From NCBI GenBank assembly GCA_051294375.1, contig CM119263.1:8870908-8934907 (forward strand): a DNA stretch of 64,000 bases, in the 5' to 3' direction. Positions 9,346-23,420 of the stretch are shown in pieces; position 1 is the first letter of the stretch, and the number at the start of each line of letters is the position of its first letter. This DNA is from Paraspadella gotoi. Its lineage: Eukaryota; Animalia; Chaetognatha. The notes under the pieces were generated by a model. That model was not told where the DNA came from. It saw nothing but the letters and a program-made list of their open reading frames with translations, and did not search any database. The position numbers and the translations under genes are program-made.

Positions 9346-12300
9346 TAACCGACTGTTGTTTATCGAGATTTCCTCCCCTTTTTTTGCACTCAAAAAATCC
9401 TTGGACTGTATTTTTGCCTATCATTTATGATTTGAGCAAAGTGTCAATGCCGCCATGGTAATTATAAACAAAAACTATAAATAAATCAAACCTGGCTAAA
9501 TAATGTAGAAAAAACTTTCCTTTATCTATTCCATCACTCAAGTTTCACCTTCTTCATCAAGCTAGTTTAAGCCTCATTATTTTCTTCAATATTTTTCACT
9601 GTCTTCAGTTTTAAAATTTTGTATTAATAATATGTGATTCATTGCTGGGGCACAAACGAAATAAAACAAATCTAATTAATGACTGTATCTGTCTTCTCAT
9701 TGGCTTCTCTCATTTAATTCTCCCCTTGTGCAATAAGATTTTATAGATTTTTATTCTTTGTAAAGTTGAAAGGTCAACCTGGTCCAACAAACTTTAATGG
9801 ATTTTGGAGATTTGTCTTTTTGAACAACAATTTTCCACTATCGTTGTCATCGTTATTTTCTCTGAGGCTCATAAGAACACCCTTACCTCCTTCCTCTTAA
9901 CAGGATCCTCTCAGCCTCAATGATATACACATCCATCCCTCTTGAATGTGTTTCGTGAATTTAATACTATTCCAGAATTTCCTCTTTCACTCCAGATATT
10001 TTTGCTCACATCTTTATCCTCTGACTGTTAGTTCCAAACGAAAAATTTAGTTTACCCCTCCAACTTAGTCCAGCTGCTCCAAGAGTAAGTTAAAGGCGTT
10101 CTTCTCTCGTCCACACTTCCTCGTCTTTCTTCTCTTTAGAACGAGCATCAATAAACGAAATATTAGAATATTTTTATCGATAATTAGCAATTTGAGAATG
10201 TGAGGCCAAGCTAGGCCGAATTGTAAACAAATTTGGCATCATAAGAATCTTTGCTTTCATTTTCTTTTTCTTTTCAATAAACTTAATCTTGTAGCCCAGC
10301 AATTTTTTATTCGTCAAACACATTAATTTTTCTTTTTTAATTCTTTCATTTTTACTGCAAGTAGAGGCAATCAACTGTAGTGATGAGTTTATGTGATACT
10401 TTGTGGAACCAAACCCGTAGTGTCATAAAACCGTAATCTTATACATTTCCCGTCTTATTGATCTCATTAATCCATGAGATGATTTTGATAGAAATTAAAT
10501 AGTGAGAGCGGTGGGTGGAGGCTCCACCGACACTTTTCAATGCAAATCACCTTTAAATCGGAACTCAAATAGGACTGTATCATGAAACGATGCATAGCAA
10601 GGACTCGTCACAGCTTTGGTTTTCTTCACAGCAGACTTAAAGGATGTATTGCCAAGTACAAGAGTTGCATGAAAGTAGCATTGCAGATTCGATAAATGGT
10701 CAGGGTTGTTGGGGCGCTATTCTCCTCCTCCCCTATGGCTTCAGTATGGCTGCGCTCTGCGCTTCTTATCTCGACACGGACCCTCGCCAGACTGGTGGAG
10801 TCAGTGGTTCTTATCTCGCTCTGGCAGATCTCCTTGTTACAGTTGGATGGCTGGATTTGGTTGATTTCTCTCCGTTTCTTGACCCTCTTACTGCTTCTGC
10901 GACTTATTTTTGGCCTTTTCTGTTTTTCGCAATCCTTCGCATTCCAGCCTTATCCACTTTTTCCGGAATCTCTTCCGCACTTCTTTGGCAACATCTTCAG
11001 CAACTTTATCCACAAACTTTTTCCGCAATCTCTTCCGCAAACTTCTTCAGCACCATCTTCAGTAACTTTATCCGCAATTTTTTCCCAATCTCTTCCCAAC
11101 TCTTCCCCGACATCAACAGAACTTCTTCCACAACTTTTTTCCGAAACTTCTTCAGCAACCTACTTTTTCCGCCTTCTTTTGCAACTTCATCAGCAACCTC
11201 CTCCCTAAACCTCCTCAAGCAACTTCTCAGCAGCAACTTTTCTTCAGAAGCCTCGTCAGCATCTTCTTCAGCAACAACTTCTTCTGCAGCAACTTCTTTC
11301 TGCCAGCAACCTTCTCATCAGTAGATTCCTCTTCAGAAACTTCCGCTGCTGCCACTTCTTTTATAGAACTTTTTTTTGAGAAAAGCATTAAAGTGTGGTG
11401 CAGGCATCTCAGAGCAGCTGCAGCTCAACAGAATACTTCGGAATTTTAAAGTTGTTCCCGAACTACTGGCGGAAGGATCAGCGTCGGCGTCAGCTTCGCC
11501 TATGGGCAACGACGGCGGAAACGACGCGCATAACTATCGGCGTGGAGGAACCGGTGACGTGTATTTTTTCCATCTCTATTCTCTTTTTATTCTCAATCTT
11601 TCTTTTCCTTCAAATATCGAATCTTACTTACTTCATAACCTGGTGCTATGCCATACAATGGTTGCAAAGGCATAGTGACAACCTCCTGCTTTAGTCTTTA
11701 ACTCTTGGATGCTAAAACTATAACTCTTTAATGAAGAATAACAGGGACAATTACGTGTAAACATTCCTGTACACAGTCTCGGTGAATTTTGATCAACAAA
11801 AATTTACGCACAACGCGATCGGTTTCGATAAAAGGTGCAATGCAATAAAATTGTGAACAGTTCATAAATAATGTCCAAACTCGTTCTCGCGCTCGTTAGC
11901 TTTTAGACGGCTCGAAACGAGAGCTCAAACCTGGCCTTTGGTATCAACCAGAAATATATAATTAATTCCCGTTTGTAATCATTTAAAAATAGCAAACTGC
12001 AGTTATTCATTCACCTTTTTGCAAATAGTTAAAATGGCCCATTTTATCTGCCCAAGTGTTCACTCCATGCCATCGCGGGCCGGCGTAGGCCTCATCATAC
12101 TCAATTTGCGATGGCTTCGATGGTTTCTGCGTCTGTGTCCCCTATGCGATCGTCGTCATTCTCGACGGCTTCCCTCGTACCGGATGATCGTTCAAGTTCC
12201 AAATGTCTTCAGTAAAATACGTTCGACCGAGTCAAATGACTGGCTCGTAATTATTATTTTTTCCCAAAAAATTTCTCTCCTTTGCAGACAACCAGTATCT

Positions 12301-14240
12301 CTCGCGAAGCTCGAAAAAGCCCGAACGGACTACAAAAACTATTTCGCAGGATATTAATTTTCAGCTGAGTTCGTGACCAAAGGTATCCTATTTCGGCGGT
12401 TCTCGATTTTACCCAATTGTCCCACCCAAATGCACATTTTAGTTTTGAATATAATAAAAACGCAACTGAGAACTGATTTACTTGCTGGTCAATAAGTCAA
12501 ATAAGTCAAGTGTCCAGAAGATCAAATTAATGTATTGTGAGTTTTTGTTCATAACCGTCTTAAAGTGTCAATTTGATCGATCATAATTAAATCATAATTA
12601 TAATTCATTTCAATTAATACTCACTAATCTGGTGCGTGAGCAATGACCGTTTTCATGAAAACCGTATTTTGTGAATTAAATCCCGCCGTCTCCACGCTTT
12701 CTTCTTCCAAAACGTCTTCGCCAAATTCTAACTGCCTATGGAAACGCTATGTAAACAATGGTAACTAAAGTACAAAACGCGTACCATCCGTACAACGCTA
12801 TATTCGACTATTCGCACGATTGTCTCTATGGTCTTTTCCAGTCATTATTTTGTTTCTAGTCTCTTCGAAAGTTTGACAGCAGACTTGATTTGGTTTTTGA
12901 GTTTAATATTATCATTATCTCTACTTAATGATAATAATTAGATCCCGGTGTTGTACTGAATCCCGCATTATTAATATTTACCCGAAAATAAAAAAAAAAA
13001 GTATAGACAAAAAAAACCCAAAAGAGGACGAGACAAAAAGAAAACACGCTCAATGAATAAACAAAAGGCCATCAAGAGGTAAAATGAATAAACGCTGAGG
13101 CGGAAAACAAATTAAGGCCAGGATGTAAGGCAATAAATAGGGAAGGGCTGTAGACTCGGGGATGGAGAGAGAGAGAGAGAGAAAGGAAAGAAAGAAAAAA
13201 GAAAGAAAAAGTAAGAAAGAAAAAAGAGAAAAGAAAAGAAAAGAAAAGAAAAGAAAATGAAAGAAAAGATAAAGAAAAGAAAGAAAGAAAAGAAAAGAAA
13301 AGTTTTTGAGAGAGTTAATAATGGTAGTCCTTCATACAAGCCTTGGGTTTCCAGGTGTTTTCTATGGCGACCGTCACGACACATGGAAGAGAACCACGAA
13401 GGTTCTTTTTTAACTTTTTTCTTTCTCAACTCTAAATCGACATTTTATAAAAATAAGAAGAATTTTGAGAGAGGCAAAAATTAATTGGAAGAAAATTATA
13501 AACTTACAAATTTTTTAGTCTTAAGGAACATGTAAACGTCATTTTCGAGAAATAAAATGAATTCTCAAAAGCCCGATTTTCTTTGTACAACTATGTTTTC
13601 ATGGTTATGTGAAGTATATTAAATTTCAGTAATTGTGACCTTAATAAGTAAAAATACGTAGTGTCATCATTAAAAAGGGCGCTCCCTTGTCTTTTGTTTT
13701 GTTTCAACCAATATTGATCAAGATTTTACGAATGAGGCCGCTTAAAGCCTAGATTTTTCCGTGAAAAACAAATGAGCAAGGATATATAAAAAATTAAAGA
13801 CAATATGATAAAAATCCACCATAAATTTCTATCTATTATTATTTTACTTTAATAAAGATTTTTTATAGTTATTATCAGTTATTATGGTTTTTTAATTTTT
13901 CCTGTACTTAACCTTTTTATCCAACTAATATGTAGCTGAATTGAAACACTGGCCTTGCTATGACCTTGTCTCTTGGACTAATGTGCCTGGCCCTTGGCAG
14001 TGCCTCCTAAAAAACATGCCGAACCAATTAAAACACAGTAAACCAACGTTATGGCATTTTAAACTTACCCCACAACAAAATTGCGCCTTGATACTATTAA
14101 AGATACTTTCAACTGACAAGTAATATCATTAATAATATTTTATAATGCGGCATACAAATATGTCGGACAGTTTGGTTAAACAGGTTTCAGCGTTCTCCTC
14201 CTACTAATGATTAGGTGAATAAAAGGGGTCCGGATGGGAG
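9346..14240 (+). repeat. Indel-rich direct duplicate of 1-4885
   Basis: Colinear throughout, including the non-element flank (3477-4885 ~ 12820-14240). Differences are mostly 1-bp indels. Confidence 0.92.
12418..12819 (-). repeat. 5' LTR, error-rich copy
   Basis: Aligns with 3087-3476 (tgtcccacccaaatgcac...cgactattcgcacga). Confidence 0.7.
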
Positions 14241-14288
14241 TGACTTCTCTTAGAGTGGATATATGAGAAGGGAGAGAGAGAGAGAGAG

Positions 14289-14320
<32 letters not shown>

Positions 14321-14480
14321 AGAAGACGAGAGAGGAGAAATAGAAAAAAGACAGAGAGAGAGAGACCATGCGATAGCAANNNNNNNNNNNNNNNNNNNNN
14401 NNNNAGGGGTCCGATGGAGTGACTTCTCTTAAGTGCGATATATGAGAAGGGAGAGAGAGAGAGGAGAGGAGACGAGAGAG

Positions 14481-14513
<33 letters not shown>

Positions 14514-14559
14514 CGAGAAATAGAAAAAAGACAGAGAGAGAAGAGACCAGGCGATAGCA

Positions 14560-17500
14560 AAAAAGAGCCAAGTGATGTTTACCCGCCATTTCTGAACGCT
14601 CGGAAAGAGAGAGACAGAAAGACACTTTGAAGATGATGACGCAATCATTGGATTTCCTCGACGTCCGAGTCGAGATACCGATGGCATTTATGGAACCATT
14701 AACGGTGATTCTCCTGGAATCTGAAAATATCGCTAGGCGGATGGGTCCTCGCGTTATTGTTCGGACGAAAATTGTCCTGGATAATTTTCGTCGGCGGCTT
14801 GCCTGGCATGCAATTAATTCCGGGACACAACAGTCATTTCTTGGGGCATTATGCTTCATCGAGAACGGCGAAGAATTCCGAGGCCTTGCGACAAATTTTC
14901 ATCTCTCATCCCCAAGGAAATAGCCTCGACCCTGTCCAACGAGCACTAACGCAGTCTGGACGCCTCCTACAAGATACGGAAGGGACCATCCGGCGAACGA
15001 CACGCACGACCGCGCTCGACCGACGCTCAGAATAGCCAAAGCCGATTTCCGCCTACTACACCTTTTCTCAGGCCATTACTCATTCTATTGACTCACCCGG
15101 ATACACAGCGTCGATAGCCCCACACAGGCGATGTCCAAGTCGTTCTGCAGAGTCCAAACTCCGATGTGCTCTCGAGCGGCCTACAAATTGCTGGATTCCG
15201 CGCCTGACGGCCCTGAATGCTGAACATATAAAAAAAAAAAGTGCGCAGATCACTACCAGAGATCATAACTGGTGCAGGATTGATACACTAAGGCCAACAA
15301 ATGACAAGGGTCAAAAGATATTGTCGTTTCGCCATAATACAGACCGCGCCGAACGGCACAATACAATGAATAAACCTGAGACTGTGAGAGGCAGTCTTGC
15401 ATTGAAAAGCTTGCAAGTGGCAACCATGCGAACTCTCATTATCCTTGTAGAGATGACTGGGAGGCCTCTCAAACCTACCCAAGCCTGTGTCCAAGTCAGG
15501 CCGCTGGCCAACGATAGCCTCTGCTATTTTATTTACAGATCGACATGTGGATACGTCTCTATTTCTATCGACTTGGCTCACGGTTGCTCTACCCAATTTC
15601 ATAAAATGGTCATAGTTACAGAAACAGAAACTGATTAAGGCTGAGCCTACGTATCGCTCAGAGACAACAACAGTTAAATAAGTGCCAACAGAGAGCGCCA
15701 GAAGAGCAACTCGAATTTGGCAAATGAGGCCAAAACTCCGGAGCCCAACAGGGCAAGTTCGAGGCCGTAATGGCCGGTCAGTTCCGCGGACATGCGTACG
15801 CGACCGCGCGCACGCACGGATTAAGAGCACACTAGAATTCGGTTTATCCTGGTCCCTTAAGGAATAAACACACAACAGCCCTGGCTAAACAACGCCGAAA
15901 AAAAGGACTACACCTGTGACAAAGGAAAAGGGCTTACAAACAAAATAGCGGTGGAAGCCACACAACCCGTAATACACAAATGGAATATGGAGCTTGAACA
16001 ACCGATGCGTGGACAAAACAGCGGTCTTGCGAACGTGAGATAACACAAGTGCTGCTCGTCAAAACACCTCACTGATTCGCAACATACCATATAAAAACGC
16101 GTGCATACATAACGAGGGCAATAATACCAACAAGGTAACCATCGTACTACCAACGACAGATCCAGGCAACAAACAACAAGTTACGCATACGACCAACACG
16201 AACAGAACTTCATGGGGAAGACTCAAACCAGTACGTGAATTAAAGGGAAAAAAAAGGTGAAAAGGCGAATAAAAAAAAGCGTGAAAAGGGAAAAAAAAGA
16301 AAAAAAAATCTTTGGATAATCGATCGTCACGAGTTTTCCGTTACGACGAGACAACCAACGGGGAATTTCGTTCCATTTGCCTCAGCTTACAAAACTCAGA
16401 GAAAACTTCCAGTTCCCACTCCCCCTGTAAAAATCGTTTGTAATTAAATTTCAAATTAACGGACTAAATTGGACAAATAGGACGAAGCCGTGATACCGAT
16501 TGGCGTGGAGTTATGTCACCAAACTTGGACGTAGCGTGCTGCGGACCCTCAGAGGACAGGCCTCCTGTCACTGTTCATTTTAGAACCGGCCTCGCGTCAC
16601 ATTTAAGCATGAAGCGATTATCGTACCAGGGATTGAACCCGGGACGCACGGCTGTAACGGCGATGAAATAGCTGCTCAGCCATTTGAGACGAGGATTGAG
16701 ACGGACAGCAGTGACGGCAGCTTTAAGTCTTGCTGCCGACAGGATAATAAATTTCTATACTGAGAGTACCATTAATTTCTACGGAGAGAGATGATACCAA
16801 TAAACCACTAAAACCTTAAAAAAAAAATTTTCTTTTTCATTCCTAATCTGCTCTCTTCTTATCCTCTCCCCTCTCTTTTCTATCTCCCGCTTTCCTCTCC
16901 ACCTTCCCGTCTCGCACTACTATTCTATCTCTCTATCTCTCTCTCTCTCTTTCTATCTCCCGCTTCTTCCTCTTCCCTTCCCTCTCGCTTTCATTCTATC
17001 TCTTTATCCCTCTCTCTGTCTTTCTATCTCCCCGCCTTATTCCTCTTCCCCTTCCACTCTCCGCTTTCATTCTATCTCTCTATCCCTCTCTCTCTCTTTT
17101 CTATCTCCCGCTCTTCTCCCCCTTCCCTATCGCTCTCATTCTATCTTTCTACTCTAGTCCCTTCTCTCTCTCTTCTATCTCCCGCTCTTCCTCATCACCA
17201 TTCCTCTCGGCTCTCTTCTATTCCTCTCTATCTACTTTAATTTCTCATTCCATTTACCGCATTTATTACTCATCACTTCCTTAATTTCCACACACATTCT
17301 TTCCCATATTTCCCAACCGACCGGGAAAAGAAAATTTTACGCCCAAGACATGAGAACATTTGCATCTTACTGAGAAAGATACTCGCCTCGAGTATCAACG
17401 CACGCGCCGTGATCTAGATATTCTTCTCTCTCACTACTCTCATGTATTACTCTTGTGCGTAACTCTCTCGCTCTCGCATGCTTCTCATTACGTCTCTCTC

Positions 17501-20500
17501 TCTCCATCTCTACTCTACTCTCACTCTCAGCTCTTCAGTCCTCCTACTACTCTACGATATCTCTATCTAGTGTTAATTGAGCTGTCGATCTCCATTATAA
17601 ACGCAACGGTCTCCAAGCGCACAATTGCGCTTAAGGGTAACACGTAAAGACAAAAACAAACTCGAAAACTATGAGTCTGAGGATGGGGTTTACACCTCTT
17701 TTCAAGAATGTTAATAGATAATTACGCCAATTTTAACAAGAAGAAGGAGATTGTAATTTTGACATAAAAAGTTCTATAGTACGCTCCGTATATGTTTTAA
17801 AAAAATCTAGCGTTTTATTGGTCAGTGCATAAAAACAGAACTTTAGGCCATTCATCATAATATCTCATCGATCACTTAATCAAATCGTCTGATAAGTTTA
17901 ACGAAAATAACAAACAAAAATAATAACATCATAAATGAGTCTGTAAACAGATTATAAAGCCATAATTAATAAATCGTTATAAGTCAAAACCCGATCCTGA
18001 ATTTATAGGTTACTTTTTAGCATTACGCACTTCTATTGTAAATCACACCAAACTTTGATCGCCTAAAATATCATTTACAAACTAAAAAGATTTAAGTTCG
18101 ATTCAAATTTAAGCCAATTCGTCGACAGTGCAAACTGTCGTGTCAGTAGTAGTATCATCGTGAGTGAAATATAGATAATAACGCTAGTCGCTGTTACGTA
18201 CCCAAAAAAACTGAAAGATATCAAAATGAAATCGTATTTACTCATTCGTTTTTAAATGAAGGTTTTCAGCACACCAGACTTCGCTAATGTGAGAAAAGTA
18301 GATATCGAGTCACGTGAAAATCAAACTGAGGTTTATTTCTTAAAACTTTAAAAACTTTGAAAATCAACTCATGTCTATCCGAATACGTCAGTGCAAATAT
18401 GAAACTATACAAATTGCTAGTTAGATATACCTTCTCATATATAGTAACGTTGCATTACCGGTTTTGAATTAAATTTTAAAATCCTCTGCATATAAAAAGC
18501 CGCGTTTCTCGGAAAGGGTTATATTAAGCGCAGCTGCAAGTCTGCTACAAAAGAGCCAGCCGAGAGTAGATTTTATACGGACGAGAGCGAAAAAAAAAAA
18601 GACATAATGCGATAAACTTTTATCTTCGGGAGAAAAAAAACAAAAAGAGCTGGCGTTGGGGATATATTAATGTCCTCGTCGCATGCGTACATAACGTCCG
18701 AGGAACTGCGGAAAGCTTGTTGGACGCTTAAACAAAATTATTGACATTGCATTATTTATGCGTCGGAAAGTACATGTGTGTTCATCTATCTTTCTCCTCT
18801 TCCTCTCATACCTTTCTTGTGCGTGCTCTCTTCTCCTACTTCTCCTCATTCTCTCTCTCTCTCGCTCTCTCTCTTCTCTCATCTTCTCTTTCTCTCTTCA
18901 AAAAAAAAAAAAAACAAATAAAAAATTGGAACACAAAAATTGCTCTACATAACTTCCGCTAGCTTATTCTTTCTGCAAATTTTTAAGTTCAAAGGTAAGA
19001 AAAAAAAGGGTAAAGAAAAAATTAACCTAAACACGGATTAAATATTAAGCGCACGAGTCGATCGGGATGTTGTTCGCCATGTATAAAAAAAGAATTATTT
19101 TCTAGCTAAAAATTAAATAATTGAGATATGATGTACGTCTTATAAATTAAAAGATACGCTTGAACTAAATTTTGGACAAATGAAAATGACGTCTTCAAAG
19201 GAAACGAAGAGGAAGGAAGAATATCGGAGGCCGCGAAATCGAAACAGATGGGCGGCTGCAGGGAGGAAAACGCCAGAGAAAGCAGGGAAAAGGAAGCTAT
19301 TTAAAAGGCAAGAATGACAAAAATTGCATATTTAAAATCGGAGAGATTTAGTATTGTTCTTAAATTACGTTTACGTAAACTTACATACACCTATCCTTTG
19401 GAATGAGTTGATAGATTGAAAGCCGTTAAGGTTCAGAACGAATATGAAGCTAAAAAGGACAAATGATTTGTTTTAATTTGGGCAGGTAGGGGAGCTCATT
19501 GCAGACCCGTCGCTACGGCATCGGCCATATTTAAAATTCTTAAAATGATTAATTGGCAAAACGAGCATCAGATACGAAAAGAAAGGAAATAATCTTTTAA
19601 ATATTACTTTGATAGTAAACTTGTGATGTATATAGTTAAAAAATATTCTCCGCTACTACTGGATGTCCGCATCTTTCAGAGCGGGTCATCGACACCCGTA
19701 AACAACCGGACAAAAACAACGAATAAGAGCGACACGACAACGACGAACAGACGACCGACGCGAAGACGACGGCCGAGAACGACGACGCACGACGACGACG
19801 AGATCTAGCACAAAACAAACACAACTTTTACCTTACGGGCTTATAATACAAACTTGAGGAAAAAACGAAAACAAAAACATAAAACTTGAAAATTTACTAT
19901 CGCGTGAGAAGATGGAGACTGGGAAGTCCTGCGACGCTTTTGGGGAAGTTGCCAATGTTATCTTCGGTTATTTTTCAAAATATTGTTATTCTCATTGAAG
20001 TCATGATTTCTTTATTGGTATTCCCTTCTTTTACGTCCGGAAAACAAAAGTTTTTGAAATTGAGAAAACGAAATGTCGACAAAAACTAATATTTTTTTTT
20101 TCCAGGACGCTTCCGAGGAGCTGGAACGGTTACGAAGGCTACTGAGTTAAATGGAGACAGTTGACAGAACAGAAGAAGAAAAATTTTGCGAAAAGTTTTT
20201 GCGGATTAAAAAAAGTTTTTTAAAAAAAAGAAATGTAAGATACCAGACAGCAGATAATTTAAACAGAGTCTGTCCGTCGATGGAAAAGCTAATTATTTCA
20301 GAAGAACTTGGACAATATTTTTAGTCAATCTCATTTTTTTGGCTTATTACCATCCCTTAGAAGAAGAAGGAAAGAGTTCACGCTATTATGTAAACATATT
20401 AGGTTGAAAGACAGAAGAAATGAATTGGACTCACCATCTTTTGTTGAACGCCCGCCTCTTCATTAGCATCATCTCCTCTCTTCCTTTCTCTCTTCTCTCT

Positions 20501-23420
20501 CTCTCTCTCTCTCGTCTTCTTCTCTCTCTCTCTCCTCTCTCTCTCTCTACTCCTCTCTCTCTCTCTCTTCTCTGGTGTCTCTACTTCTTTTATCTGTTTA
20601 CCACGCCCCAACTCAAAAGCAGACACCTCTCCCATCCCGATTATTTCTCTTTAGGCAATTTCTTCTGGCCCTTGCGATGCTCACCTAAAGCTCGGAAAAC
20701 GATAAATAAAATGTTTTTTCACATTTCTTCTCATTAAACTACTGTATCCCAAAACGTTGTCTCCAGTCGAAACGCATCGGAATCTCTCTCTCTGTCTTTC
20801 TCTTTTCACACTCACACACACTACTTTCTTTCTCCCTTCCTTATTTTTCTCTTTCTTTCTTTCTATATTTCTTTTTTTTACTCTTTCTATTCTTTCTTTC
20901 ATTTCTATTCTTTCCTTTCTTTCTTTTTTCTTCTTTCTTCTTTTCTTCTTTCTTTCTTTCTTCGTTCTTTCTTTCCTTTCATTTTCCTTTCTTTCTTTCT
21001 TTCTCCACTTCTTAATGCTGCTCAATTCGTTTATTCAAAACAATTAATGTCACCATGAATTACCATTTAAAATACATAACCACACTGCGAAATAAATAAC
21101 AAGACCATGAGAAAGAAGAACAAATAAAGAAAATAAATGAATAACGAAGGAAGAAACTCACAAATTAATTTTAAAATAAAGAAAAGCGAGTATCACTGAC
21201 TCACCAAATTTGCACTGACAAAAAATGACTAAACAGACATCTCTTCTACAAATCCTTCTTGAGTGAACCAACGAGAGAAGGCTAATCATATCAAGTGAAT
21301 TCAACATTTAAAGATTTTTCTATTTTTTGCTGGAGATGGTTACGGTTTGTTTGGAGGGAAAGCTCTAGCATAGAGAGGAGAGAATGATGACGAGAGAGTG
21401 AGAGGATGTAAGAGACACAGAAGAGAGAGACGATGATGAGAGAAGAGAAGAGAGAGAGATAGAGAGAAGATGATGACGAGAGAGAGAGAGATATTATCGA
21501 GTGTTGGCTCTCAAGGTCGACATTGCAGAGTTTTTGGCCTCCGTCGGTTAAAGAAGATAGTAAACTTCTTGAAAACTGCCGTTCGACCCTCCAACAGGAG
21601 CAGAAACTAACCTCTTTGGAGTAGAAATACAACGTTGCCAAAATTTCGAATTATTTTTTTATTTTCATTGAAACAGACCTTAAGAATTTTCTTATACAGA
21701 GTCGAGACAAAATATAGAGGCCCAGTATCTGAAGTCAAAACAGTTTTGGGAATCATTCCGTAGACTAACGTACCGACCAACATGGAATTTGATGTTGACC
21801 CACCTTAAATGAAAGAATAAGATAGAGATATTTTGACAAGAAAATTAGTTACCAATAAGAATTAACATAATTTGGGAGAGAAAAATAATACGTCTCTCGC
21901 AGCACTACAACAGATTCTTAATCGCCGATCCCCACCACGCAGAAATCTCCCTGCGCATACTCAACCACTAACTACCCCACTCACATAACCGATTAACCTC
22001 TACCTCCCAACGTAAAACAAGTACACACTACTAACAAACATAACAAGCTCCCCTTCCACTATTATGACTCATTCAACTCTCTCCCACCTCTCAAGCTGCT
22101 CTACCATGTAAGAACACCGATCAACCGAGCGTTCTATCCGCTCCGCGCCGCACGCAAATTCTATACCTCGATGAGCCTAAGATACACACGCATACTGATG
22201 TTAATCTCGAGCCCATCATACGCAACATCCCTCTGCGTTATCTTTCTCTTAGATTTCCTCGTGAACGTAATAATCATCCTATACTGAATTATGAACTTCC
22301 AAGCATTTAAACCAACACACCTCATCCCAATTTAGCCAAACCTAGTATCCCTTTCAAAACCCCTGATTGGTCACCAGAGAAGATGAGTCCATTACTGCGT
22401 CGCAGCAATAAATCGCCCGCTAATTTTTTGTTGCCTCCAGTGATAAGAACATAGCTCGTCGTAACTAAGCCAACGATAAAAGAAATAAAATATGTAGAGT
22501 GCTTAGTAGGATATACATTAGAAAGGAGTATATTACACGTGATTAAGACAGACACACCTCTCACATACAAACGTAAGACAATATTGTGATGAAATTAAAA
22601 GCATATACGGGCCCCCAATATACACCACGTGGATGAACTCATAGACAAAGAGTAATCGCACACGCCGCCGCAATACACATGACTAAATCGAGCCAGTTCA
22701 GACGGGAATCACAAGAAATGGAAAGGGAAGAGAGAGAGAAAGAGAGTTAGGAAGAAGTCAGAGGTGAGGGAAAATCTTGTGCAGGGGGCAGAGGTGGGAG
22801 GTAGGATTAATAAAAAATACTCAAGGAAGAGACTGTCCCTAAGACTTGAATACTAGCAAGAGAAAGAAAGAAAAAGGCCAATTAAAATTTTAATAAAGAC
22901 ACCGATAATTTAAAACATATAAAAGAATACAAGAAACAGACAGAGTAGATTAAAATTATCTACCATTCCAGAAAGAACCAATAAATTTCATCAGAAAATA
23001 AAAAGATGGTTACTATCCAATGAGAGAAATTAATTGAACAATAAAGAGTTGCATTCTTGAATATATTAGAAACAGAAGTGTCTTGGTGGCACTAGAGACT
23101 AAAAGTTAAATATAAAATACAACTAAAACGACAATAAAAACATACTAGAGAAAAAATCTTCCAAAGGCTTGATCCTTCAATTGCTTTTGCTGACGGCATC
23201 TTTTTCTCGATCTAAACGACAACTCTCAAACCAGATTTACTCTGTTAGTTTAACTTGTTTTATATGTACTCTTGCGTAGTTTTTTTTCTTGAAATGCTCT
23301 CTCTTGTCCAATATTCCTGTTTACTTTTCGTCTTCATCGCAGCGTTTGTTTTATCTTTCTTTTCTTATCTCTCTCTTTCTCGCTCCTCCTCCCTCATCAT
23401 CTCCTCGTGCAATCTAAAAA
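14560..23420 (+). repeat. Indel-rich direct duplicate of ~25357-32010
   Basis: Shared anchors in the same order: aaagagccaagtgatgttt (14562/25357), the SINE head, gacgtcttcaaaggaaacgaag (19189/28843), gtatcactgactcaccaaa (21190/30614), cttccaaagg (23158/31815). Confidence 0.88.
16480..16690 (-). mobile_element. Duplicate of the tRNA-derived SINE-like element
   Basis: Matches 26550-26752 within the duplicated block. Confidence 0.45.

Larger units (their letters stand above)
6751..12819 (-). mobile_element. Full-length (~6 kb) non-autonomous, gag-only LTR retrotransposon (error-rich copy)
   Basis: Two direct LTRs (~6751/6786-7177 and 12418-12819), with a PPT abutting the 3' LTR. TTGC(T) occurs at 6747-6751 and 6781-6785, matching the right flank TTGCT of the clean copy. 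The gag region 9420-11700 matches 79-2400. No RT, RNase H or integrase motifs seen. Confidence 0.7.

Noticed and set aside
9245-9430. LCVRHF resembling the THAP-domain CxxHF motif
   Set aside because: No upstream CxxxxC or conserved Trp visible; noisy sequence and an alternative frame is equally plausible.
1-12819. Two independent insertions of the LTR element (1-3476 and 6751-12819)
   Set aside because: Both share the same 1.4-kb right flank, so they represent one locus duplicated, probably by assembly.
21890-22690. Unique-looking C/A-rich inserts (also 15880-16250 and G-rich 39000-39780 with 120-210 aa ORFs)
   Set aside because: Absent from the clean copies, compositionally skewed and motif-free; most consistent with low-quality read segments.
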